A DNA stretch of 64,000 bases from Legionellales bacterium (GTDB lineage Bacteria; Pseudomonadota; Gammaproteobacteria; Eutrophobiales; Eutrophobiaceae): the NCBI GenBank assembly GCA_002721165.1, contig PBJS01000025.1, forward strand, positions 3,934 to 67,933. Direction: 5' to 3'. Of this stretch, positions 56,184 through 64,000 are shown piece after piece. A model generated the notes under the pieces. The model had not been told where the DNA came from. It did not search any database and worked only from the letters and a program-made list of their open reading frames with translations. Numbering within the stretch: the stretch's first letter is position 1; each line of letters begins with the position of its first letter. The position numbers were made by a program, and so were the translations under genes.

Positions 56184-57383
56184 TTAAAGTTGGCTTCTTT
56201 GATTCATTTTAGAAAAACCTAATAATTCTTTGTTATATTTTTTTGTTAACGCAATAAATTTAAAGCGTTCCCCCATTTCATCTGGCATTGTTAAGGTACG
56301 TAACTCTTGTGAAACCTTTGTTTGTGATTTTATATCTAACAAATTCATATCTGGTACCAAATTTTCAAGTCCACATCCAAAAAGAAAATATGTTTGGTTC
56401 GTATAGCCACTAATATTCATCCCAATTTCTTCTGCATATTCTGCAACTGCGGTAAAATTAACGCATGTTGTTATATCCTGCAATCCTGGATAAAAAAATG
56501 GATCATTATGAACATAGTGTCGATAGTGGCATAATAAATTACCATCACTTTTTTCATTATGATAGTAATCCGACATCGAATACCCATAATCAATAAGTAA
56601 AATTACACCTTTTTTAATAATAGATTGGATTGAATTCAGCCATACTTTAAGATTAATGTTTATCTCCGAATAATAACTTTCGGGGAACGGTGTAAGTAAT
56701 TTTTTTTCGAGTCTTGTTAAATTATCAATCAACTGATCATCAGCATCAACATCAATCCAACAAAAATTATTTTTATAAAAGGTTACTTTTTCTTCTTTGA
56801 ATGAATTGGATTCTTTTTTAAAACGTTTAACAGGTAAGGCATCTAAAACCTCATTTGCTAGCACTAAACCTTCAAAATTTACCTCAGAAATACTATTCAA
56901 CCATATAATACTGTCCATATATTGAGGAATTGATTGTTTTAATAATTGTTTTTGTCTAAGTTTTAAATGAGTACTTACTTCAAGTATGTAATATTTATCA
57001 GGGAGTGAATTATGTTTTTCTAAATTTAACAATAGATCTCTTGCCATAATGCCATCTCCAGCGCCTATTTCTAAAATAGATGGCTCTTTGAAATCTCCTA
57101 ATATTTGCCTGCATTGAGAGGCTAAACATTTTGAGAAAAAAGGTGATATTTGAGGAGCTGTTACAAAATCTCCTTTGGGGCCAAACTTTTGAATATCAGA
57201 ACTGTAATAACCCAAACTTGGGTGGTACAAAACTAAATCCATATATTCATCAAAGCCTATAGCGCCTTCCTGTCTGTCAATTATATCTCTAATATATACA
57301 GACAATTTTTCACTTTGCGTCCGCGCCTCAGGATCCGGCCTAGGTAACAATGAGTTATTTTTTGTTAGTTTGGATTGTCTCAT
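56184..57383 (-). CDS. SAM-dependent methyltransferase, MidA/NDUFAF7 (DUF185) family
   Basis: Family-typical N-terminus (FDEYMDLVLYHPSLGYYSS ... FGPKGDFVTAPQISPFF) and the SAM motif ILEIGAGDG. Confidence 0.75.
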   Translation of the reverse strand: MRQSKLTKNNSLLPRPDPEARTQSEKLSVYIRDIIDRQEGAIGFDEYMDLVLYHPSLGYYSSDIQKFGPKGDFVTAPQISPFFSKCLASQCRQILGDFKEPSILEIGAGDGIMARDLLLNLEKHNSLPDKYYILEVSTHLKLRQKQLLKQSIPQYMDSIIWLNSISEVNFEGLVLANEVLDALPVKRFKKESNSFKEEKVTFYKNNFCWIDVDADDQLIDNLTRLEKKLLTPFPESYYSEININLKVWLNSIQSIIKKGVILLIDYGYSMSDYYHNEKSDGNLLCHYRHYVHNDPFFYPGLQDITTCVNFTAVAEYAEEIGMNISGYTNQTYFLFGCGLENLVPDMNLLDIKSQTKVSQELRTLTMPDEMGERFKFIALTKKYNKELLGFSKMNQRSQL

Positions 57384-57483
57384 ACCAATTCCATGTTATT
57401 CTGTTTAAAAAATGATTCAAGAAAACTTTTTTTGATACCCAGAATCTCTAAATTTTCGATTATATTAAAAATTCAGTGTTGAA

Positions 57484-58215
57484 ATGAAAAATAGAACCGT
57501 ATTAATAACAGGCGCAGCTAAAAATATCGGAGCAACAATAGCAAAAGAGCTTCATAGTTCCGGGATGAAAATTATTATTCACTATAATCGTTCGCAAAAA
57601 GAAGCGACCAAACTGGTTGATGAGCTTAATGACCTTCGTGAAAATTCTGCTATAAAAATACAGGCCGACCTTAAAAAAAAGGAATGTTACTCGATGCTGA
57701 TTAATGCGGCTCTTGACTTTACAGGAAAAATTGATGTTTTAATAAATAATGCCTCTGCCTTCTACCCGACTCCACTTAATGATATAAATGAAAAAAAATG
57801 GAATGAATTAATTAATATAAATTTAAAGGCTCCATTATTTATTTCAAAGCTTGCTGCTGAATCATTAAAAGAAAATAATGGATGTATTATTAATATTACA
57901 GACATTCATGCATCTAACCCGTTAATAAATCATGCCATTTATTGCATATCAAAAGCAGGCCTGATCATTCTTACAAAATCTCTAGCAAAAGAACTAGCGC
58001 CTAATATTCGCGTCAATGCAATTTCACCAGGTGCAATCACTTGGCCAGATGGCATGGATGGTGAAACAAAGGAAAACATAATAAATCAAACTGTTCTCAA
58101 AAAAATGGGGGATGCTAAGGATATTGCTAAAACTGTAATTTTTCTTATTGAAGATGCTAGCTACATAACTGGTCAAATATTGAATGTTGACGGCGGGAAA
58201 ACACTATTTTTATAA
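57484..58215 (+). CDS. Short-chain dehydrogenase/reductase, pteridine reductase (FolM/PTR1-like)
   Basis: ITGAAKNIG cofactor motif and a YCISK catalytic YxxxK; adjacent to folK-folB. Confidence 0.7.
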   Translation: MKNRTVLITGAAKNIGATIAKELHSSGMKIIIHYNRSQKEATKLVDELNDLRENSAIKIQADLKKKECYSMLINAALDFTGKIDVLINNASAFYPTPLNDINEKKWNELININLKAPLFISKLAAESLKENNGCIINITDIHASNPLINHAIYCISKAGLIILTKSLAKELAPNIRVNAISPGAITWPDGMDGETKENIINQTVLKKMGDAKDIAKTVIFLIEDASYITGQILNVDGGKTLFL

Positions 58216-58219
58216 GACT

Positions 58220-58630
58220 TCAATCAAATTCAGGAAAGGGATAGTCAACAAACCACTGCTTATTTTCTTTATTAAACCACCAGTTTTGCTTTAACTTCAA
58301 TTTTTTAATTGTTCCTTGTGTTTTAAGAAAGTAAGTAATCGTAGTCTCAACGTACGCCTCATCATGTTCTTTATTGATCGTTTTTTCTGTCACCTCTATT
58401 CCGGTTACACTAATTTCTTCCAATCCATCTAGTTTCGCAGGTGGTTGTTTACCGTCCGGAGAATAGTGATAGCTGTACGCTTCTTTGTACATTCCCCACC
58501 TCAAAGCGACATTATAATAAGTCACTGTATTTTCAAGACTATCGACTGTTTCACGAACCTTAAAAGAGTTACATGATTGCAGCAATACCATCAACAGAAA
58601 CGATATTGGAAAAATCATAGATTTTTTCAT
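58220..58630 (-). CDS. Hypothetical lipoprotein
   Basis: Start at the internal ATG 58630, which has an AGGAG RBS. Signal peptide with lipobox LLQSC; 136 aa; no known domain recognised. Confidence 0.45.
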   Translation of the reverse strand: MKKSMIFPISFLLMVLLQSCNSFKVRETVDSLENTVTYYNVALRWGMYKEAYSYHYSPDGKQPPAKLDGLEEISVTGIEVTEKTINKEHDEAYVETTITYFLKTQGTIKKLKLKQNWWFNKENKQWFVDYPFPEFD

Positions 58631-58667
58631 ATTAGTCACTCTCCTCACTAAAATTCTATACGAAAAA

Positions 58668-59168
58668 TTAAATGTTTTGAAAAGTATCGGCCTCTATGGA
58701 CTTTATGGGTTGCGTAGATATATCAAACTTTTCCCACAAAGTACTGATTTTTTCACCAATGACAGGATGAATTAAATCTGGCTCAATATCACATAGTGGT
58801 TTCAATACAAAACTATAATTCGTTATATCATCTCTTGGTATATTATGTTCACTGCTAATAATGTCACCAAATAACAACAAATCGATATCGAGAGTTCTTG
58901 AAGTATGTGGCGGCTGATTTCTCTTTCTTCCAAAACGATACTCAATTTCCCTCAATTTGAGTTCTAAATCTTCGATACCAAGACTTGTCTTAATCTTTAC
59001 AACTAAATTATAAAAATCATCTCCTATCATACCAATGGGTTTACTCTGATATATCGGCGAAATTTTAATTTCGCTAAAAGAAGATTTAAGATCATTTAAA
59101 GAGCCTTGTATATTTTTTCTTTTATCAATATTGCTACCAATCCCAATATAGACACTTATCATCTTCAT
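58668..59168 (-). CDS. folK: 2-amino-4-hydroxy-6-hydroxymethyldihydropteridine diphosphokinase
   Basis: HPPK family (IGIGSN, with a conserved R ... RTLDIDLL region). Makes an ATGA overlap with the folB stop. Confidence 0.88.
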   Translation of the reverse strand: MKMISVYIGIGSNIDKRKNIQGSLNDLKSSFSEIKISPIYQSKPIGMIGDDFYNLVVKIKTSLGIEDLELKLREIEYRFGRKRNQPPHTSRTLDIDLLLFGDIISSEHNIPRDDITNYSFVLKPLCDIEPDLIHPVIGEKISTLWEKFDISTQPIKSIEADTFQNI

Positions 59169-59536
59169 TTTTTTTTGCCGCGCTCTATGATTACTCCCAC
59201 ATCTCTTGCGCCGCGTATAGCACCTATTTTATTTAATGATAATCGTAACCATGGAACATCAAACTCCGTCAGTACAATTTCAGCTATCCTCTCTGCAAGA
59301 GTCTCAACCAACCCAAACTCGCTATCACCAACAAAACTAATTAAACGTTTTGACACTGCTTTATAGTCTAGGGCATCTTCAATTTTATCGCTAGATGCCG
59401 CCTTTTTTACATCTGTTGCCATTTCTAGATCGAGAATTACAGTCTGCTTAATTTTCCGCTCCCAATCATATATACCAACTATTGTTTCTATTTTTAAGTC
59501 TCTGAGAAAAATAATATCCATAGATTTAAATACCAT
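59165..59536 (-). CDS. folB: Dihydroneopterin aldolase
   Basis: 123 aa; the GIYDWERK motif of FolB. Confidence 0.88.
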   Translation of the reverse strand: MVFKSMDIIFLRDLKIETIVGIYDWERKIKQTVILDLEMATDVKKAASSDKIEDALDYKAVSKRLISFVGDSEFGLVETLAERIAEIVLTEFDVPWLRLSLNKIGAIRGARDVGVIIERGKKK

Positions 59537-59540
59537 TTAT

Positions 59541-59556
59541 ATATATATATATTAAG
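59541..59556. repeat. (TA)n dinucleotide microsatellite in the folB/plsY divergent promoter
   Basis: tatatatatatatata seen directly in the sequence. Confidence 0.8.
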
Positions 59557-59599
59557 CTATAGGTTAATCTTGCTTCTTTATAAAGATTTTAATGTAATA

Positions 59600-60199
59600 A
59601 TGCTAATTAATACTCTTTTAATTTTTTCAGCGTACTTATTAGGTTCGTTATCAGCGGCTATTTTAGTTTGTAAAATCCTCGGCTTATCTGATCCTCGTGC
59701 TGGAGGTTCTGGTAACCCAGGAACAACAAACGTAATGCGATTACACGGGAAAAAAGCAGCGCTACTAACTTTAACAGGTGACATCATTAAGGGAATTATC
59801 CCCGTATTAATTGCTAAAGTCATTGTTAGTTCCGAATTTATTATCGCTCTATCCGGTTTAGCCGCATTTTTAGGTCATATTTTTCCGATCTATTTCAAGT
59901 TTAAAGGAGGTAAAGGTGTAGCAACTTTAATCGGTGTTCTTTTCGCAACACATTGGTTGTTTGGTGCGATTTATGTGGCGATATGGCTGTTGACTGCAGC
60001 AATATTTCGATACTCTTCTCTAGCCGCATTAATCGCGACATTTTCAATACCAGTTTACGCCTATTTTTTGGAGCAAAATTTACAGTACGCTATTAGTTTT
60101 TCGATAATAACAGTGATTCTTTTCTGGAGACACAAATCTAATATATATAAATTGTTTTATGGAAAAGAAAATAAAATCGGGCAACACGAACATAAGTAA
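59600..60199 (+). CDS. plsY: Glycerol-3-phosphate acyltransferase PlsY
   Basis: GSGNPGTTNV motif. Start chosen at MLINTLLIF by alignment to E. coli PlsY; the ORF is open from 59570. Confidence 0.88.
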   Translation: MLINTLLIFSAYLLGSLSAAILVCKILGLSDPRAGGSGNPGTTNVMRLHGKKAALLTLTGDIIKGIIPVLIAKVIVSSEFIIALSGLAAFLGHIFPIYFKFKGGKGVATLIGVLFATHWLFGAIYVAIWLLTAAIFRYSSLAALIATFSIPVYAYFLEQNLQYAISFSIITVILFWRHKSNIYKLFYGKENKIGQHEHK

Positions 60200-60204
60200 A
60201 TAAA

Positions 60205-61209
60205 TTAAATATCATCTATTGGCCATCTCGGTTTTGCTTTAAAACACAACGGATCATGTTGACCATTTTTAATTCTGAGGTAGCCAGCGTATGCGACCAT
60301 GGCGCCATTATCAGTACAATATTCATCGCGTGGAAAAAAAACCTCCCCGCCCTCTTTATTAAACATATCTGTCAGGCCTTGTTGTAATTGTTTATTTGCA
60401 CTAACTCCGCCTGCGACGACCAATTGTTTAATCCCAGTATCATTAATTGCACGTTTACATTTTATTACAAAAGTATCGACAATTGCGTCTACAAATGCTC
60501 TGGCAATATCTGCTTTTGTTTGTTCGTTAATATTCTCTGCATTTATAGTATTTAATGCATAAGTTTTCAATCCGCTAAAACTAAAATCAAGGCCTGGGCG
60601 ATCTGTCATCGGTCTTGGAAACTTAAACCGGCTACTAACGCCTTGTTCTGCTAAAGCTGACAGCGCCGGTCCTCCGGGATAGGGTAATCCCAATATTTTT
60701 GCCGTTTTATCAAAAGCCTCTCCAGCAGCATCGTCTACAGATTCACCAAGTATTTTGAAAGTTCCAGGGGCTTTTACGTTAACAATTTGTGTGTGTCCGC
60801 CCGACACTAATAATGCCAAAAATGGATATTGTGGGGTATTTTTTTCAAGCATAAGCGCCAATAAGTGTGCCTCCATATGATGCACTCCGATTGCTGGTAG
60901 AGAAAGAGCGTAAGCTAAACTTCTTCCAACTGTGCTTCCAACTAGTAATGACCCCATAAGTCCCGGGCCTATGGTATAGGCAACGCCATTCAACAAACTA
61001 AATTCTGTCTTAGCCTCAGAAAGCGTTTTTTTTACTAAGGGTAAAACTTTTAAGACATGTTCGCGCGAAGCTAATTCCGGCACAACGCCACCGAACCTAT
61101 TATGTAAACCTATCTGACTATACAAACAATGACCCAATATCCCGAATTCAGAGTCATAAACTGCTATCGCTGTTTCATCACACGAGGTTTCTATTCCTAG
61201 AACTTGCAT
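60205..61209 (-). CDS. tsaD: tRNA N6-adenosine threonylcarbamoyltransferase TsaD
   Basis: Kae1/YgjD family ([10 protein letters not shown] ... HHMEAH ... GGVSAN). Divergent from rpsU, as in the E. coli macromolecular-synthesis locus. Confidence 0.95.
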   Translation of the reverse strand: MQVLGIETSCDETAIAVYDSEFGILGHCLYSQIGLHNRFGGVVPELASREHVLKVLPLVKKTLSEAKTEFSLLNGVAYTIGPGLMGSLLVGSTVGRSLAYALSLPAIGVHHMEAHLLALMLEKNTPQYPFLALLVSGGHTQIVNVKAPGTFKILGESVDDAAGEAFDKTAKILGLPYPGGPALSALAEQGVSSRFKFPRPMTDRPGLDFSFSGLKTYALNTINAENINEQTKADIARAFVDAIVDTFVIKCKRAINDTGIKQLVVAGGVSANKQLQQGLTDMFNKEGGEVFFPRDEYCTDNGAMVAYAGYLRIKNGQHDPLCFKAKPRWPIDDI

Positions 61210-61317
61210 TTAAATGCCTATTTCATTGAAAAATGGTAATTTTTGCATTGCAATTTCACATATTCTCACTAAAATGTCCGCTTTTTTTTACTAAACTTAA
61301 TCAGGAAAACAAATACT

Positions 61318-61533
61318 ATGCCTTCAGTTAAGGTAAGAGACAATGAGCCATTTGATATCGCAATGCGCCGATTCAAGCGTGCTTGCGAAAAAGCAGGTAC
61401 TCTGGCTGATGTTCATCGACGTGAGTTTTACGAGAAACCAACACAAGTAAGAAAACGTAAAGCTGCCGCAGCTGTCAAACGATCTCAGAAACAAGCTTCT
61501 AGAAATATCCTACATCGCATCCGCCCATATTAA
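61318..61533 (+). CDS. rpsU: 30S ribosomal protein S21
   Basis: 71 aa; [11 protein letters not shown] ... REFYEKPT. Confidence 0.97.
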   Translation: MPSVKVRDNEPFDIAMRRFKRACEKAGTLADVHRREFYEKPTQVRKRKAAAAVKRSQKQASRNILHRIRPY

Positions 61534-61562
61534 CTAACCCGCTAAATATAGCTCACTCAGAA

Positions 61563-62012
61563 GTGTCTGGCATTAAAACTCAAATTAGTAACGATGTAAA
61601 AGATGCCATGCGCAGCAAAGATAAAGATCGTCTCGCTGCTTTAAGGCTTATACTGGCTGCATTTAAACAAAAAGAAGTTGATGAACGTATTGAATTATCT
61701 GATGAGCAAAGTATTTCTATATTAAACAAAATGGCAAAGCAACACCGTGATTCTATAGAGCAATTTGGTCAAGCAAATCGAGATGATTTAATTAAAAAAG
61801 AACAGTTAGAGCTAGACATTATCGAATCTTATTTGCCTGAGAAATTATCAGAAGAAGAGGTCAACTTACTAATTGATGAAGCTATATCCGAAACAGGGGC
61901 AAATTCAGTAAAAGACATGGGCAAGGTCATCGGCTTGCTTAAGGGGAAACTTCAAGGCCAAGCTGATATGGGTGAAGTAAGTAGATTAATCAGAGGTAAA
62001 TTAGGTAGTTAA
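61563..62012 (+). CDS. yqeY: GatB/YqeY domain-containing protein
   Basis: 149 aa. Probable GTG start at 61563. Conserved position between rpsU and dnaG. Confidence 0.8.
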   Translation: MSGIKTQISNDVKDAMRSKDKDRLAALRLILAAFKQKEVDERIELSDEQSISILNKMAKQHRDSIEQFGQANRDDLIKKEQLELDIIESYLPEKLSEEEVNLLIDEAISETGANSVKDMGKVIGLLKGKLQGQADMGEVSRLIRGKLGS

Positions 62013-62080
62013 AGCAGAAAAACGTTCATTTCTTTTTACGGTCGCAGATTTGTTAAGTGCTGTTTATACTATTTTATATT

Positions 62081-63838
62081 ATGGCCGGCAAGATTCCGCA
62101 AAATTTCATTGACGAGTTACTCACTCGTACAGATATCATCGATGTCATAGACGCTTATGTGCCCTTAAAAAAGGCCGGGAAAAATCATAAAGCATGCTGC
62201 CCATTTCATGAAGAGAAAACACCATCGTTTAATGTAAACCAAGATAAACAGTTTTATTACTGTTTTGGGTGTACTGCAAGTGGAACCGCGATTACCTTTT
62301 TAATGGAACATTTACGCATCGGGTTCGTGGAGGCAATCGAAGATCTTGCATCTCGTGCAGGGATGGAAATACCTCGTGAAGCATATAACTCCGGAGACTC
62401 ATCCAGTGTGTCTAATAAGCTCTATGAATTATTGGAATCAATCACCGAATACTATACTAATGAACTAAAAAATAATAAAAATACAAACAATATTATTAAT
62501 TATATAAAAAAACGTAATATTAATAATGAAACAAGGGTTGAATTCGAATTAGGTTTCGCACCACCGGGTTGGGATAATTTAGTTTCAAATTTTGGAAAAT
62601 CAAAAGAGACGATAAAACTATTAGTTGATGCTGGGGTTATTATTAAAAATGACCGTGGTAGCTACTATGATCGCTTTAGAAATCGCTTAATATTCCCAAT
62701 TCGGGATCAACGTGGCCGTGTTATTGGCTTCGGTGGCAGAGTACTAGGAGATGAAACACCGAAATACCTAAACTCTCCTGAGACACAAATCTTTCAAAAA
62801 GGTAGAGAATTATATGGCTTGTTCCAGGCTAGGAAAGCATCAAGGGATTTGAAAGATATATATATAGTTGAAGGTTACATGGATGTCATTGCTTTAGCTC
62901 AGTTTGGCATAAAAAATGTTGTTGCCACTTTGGGAACAGCAGCAACATTCGAACATATTGGAAAATTGTTTCGTATCACAAACAAACTAATATTCTGTTT
63001 TGACGGTGATAAAGCTGGGAAAAAAGCCGCTTGGCGAGCACTAGAAAATTCACTATCGTTATTAAAAAATGGGAGGCAAGTCTATTTTATATTTTTACCT
63101 AACAATGAAGACCCTGATACCTTCGTTAATAAGAATGGTAAAAATGCATTTATCAATACTGAGATGCTTACGCCCTTATCGGATTTTTTGTTCAATTCAA
63201 TAAGTCATAATATAAACCTAGAGATACTCGAGGGTAGATCAGAAATGATTAATAAAACACTACCTTACTTAGCTAAATTACCGCTCGATCCATATAAAGA
63301 TATTATTGTTAAGGAATTAAGTAAAATCACGGGTTATGAAGTTAATGATATACAAAAGCAATTATCTATACCTGAAAAATCCGACTTAAAAAAATTAAAA
63401 AATAGCAACAAAAAAGTTGAAAATAATAGAGGTATCGAAAAAATACGCTGGCTAATACGCTGCTTACTACATCAGCCCAGTCTAGCACTTAACGTTGAAT
63501 CCACGGAATCGTTATTGGCATTGGAATCTTCCGGGATTGATTTTTTATGCGAGCTGATACAGCTAATAAAGAAAAATCCAAATATTACTTTAGGTGGAAT
63601 TCTTGAGAACTGGCGCGATTCAAAATTTGAAAAACGTTTATGTGAGCTTGCCTCAGAAGAAGATGAATTTAACGAAATTGGTGTCACAAATGAAGTTTTT
63701 ACTGACGCTATTAGTGGTCTAATCGAAACGCACCAAAAAGAATTTGAAACATTCAAAAAGAAAAGTAGTCCATTAGAATTGACCGATGAAGAAAAATTAA
63801 AATACCGAGAAATGCAGAAATCATCCAAAGATTCTTAG
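62081..63838 (+). CDS. dnaG: DNA primase
   Basis: Zinc ribbon (CCPFHEEKTPSF ... CFGC), TOPRIM domain (EGYMDV ... DGDKAG) and a C-terminal DnaB-interaction domain. Start set at ATG 62081. Confidence 0.95.
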   Translation: MAGKIPQNFIDELLTRTDIIDVIDAYVPLKKAGKNHKACCPFHEEKTPSFNVNQDKQFYYCFGCTASGTAITFLMEHLRIGFVEAIEDLASRAGMEIPREAYNSGDSSSVSNKLYELLESITEYYTNELKNNKNTNNIINYIKKRNINNETRVEFELGFAPPGWDNLVSNFGKSKETIKLLVDAGVIIKNDRGSYYDRFRNRLIFPIRDQRGRVIGFGGRVLGDETPKYLNSPETQIFQKGRELYGLFQARKASRDLKDIYIVEGYMDVIALAQFGIKNVVATLGTAATFEHIGKLFRITNKLIFCFDGDKAGKKAAWRALENSLSLLKNGRQVYFIFLPNNEDPDTFVNKNGKNAFINTEMLTPLSDFLFNSISHNINLEILEGRSEMINKTLPYLAKLPLDPYKDIIVKELSKITGYEVNDIQKQLSIPEKSDLKKLKNSNKKVENNRGIEKIRWLIRCLLHQPSLALNVESTESLLALESSGIDFLCELIQLIKKNPNITLGGILENWRDSKFEKRLCELASEEDEFNEIGVTNEVFTDAISGLIETHQKEFETFKKKSSPLELTDEEKLKYREMQKSSKDS

Positions 63839-63982
63839 AATCCACAGCAAGTACCCACTAGCGAAAACTGATTCTGTATGTTAGGATTGTCTGTTAACTC
63901 TTTTATAAATATCTATTGTAAATCAAGTCGTTATAATCAAAATAACTTTTATATCGCCAGCAAATCACGAGTCAAACACCAA

Positions 63983-64000
63983 TGAGCAAGCCAGAAAAAA
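63983..64000 (+). CDS. rpoD: Possible 5' end of rpoD (sigma70), truncated by the window edge
   Basis: ATG followed by SKPEK, exactly where rpoD is expected after dnaG. Only 6 codons are visible. Confidence 0.25.

Overview
This 64-kb window is chromosomal backbone from an AT-rich bacterium (roughly one-third GC by eye). Gene content and gene order are those of a gammaproteobacterium: mnmG-rsmG-parA-parB-atpIBEFHAGDC-glmU, rhlB-trxA-rho, groES-groEL, glnA-(DUF4124)-ntrB-ntrC, glyQ-glyS-gmhB-plsC, rpsU-yqeY-dnaG-(rpoD), argC-hemJ-erpA-anmK. About 70 protein-coding genes cover roughly 90% of the sequence, with many 4-nt ATGA overlaps and convergent genes that abut or overlap. I found no rRNA, tRNA, CRISPR array, transposase, integrase or phage gene, so this is core genome, not an island. 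No single unmistakable novel system is evident. The best candidates for a second look fall into three groups. Regulatory signals: a textbook CIRCE operator on a sigma70 promoter ahead of groESL, and a sigma54 promoter with a perfect NtrC palindrome ahead of glnA. Unannotated small genes and transcripts: an orphan UUCG-tetraloop intrinsic terminator in a 370-bp ORF-free gap that points to a small RNA, and an lptM lipoprotein mini-gene upstream of lysA. Conserved but poorly understood modules: a GldG-type ABC-2 transporter four-gene cluster, a bactofilin paired with a membrane coiled-coil protein, an orphan ATP sulfurylase sitting with hemH and a TauE/SafE exporter, and an Slt70 transglycosylase carrying a C-terminal LysM domain.
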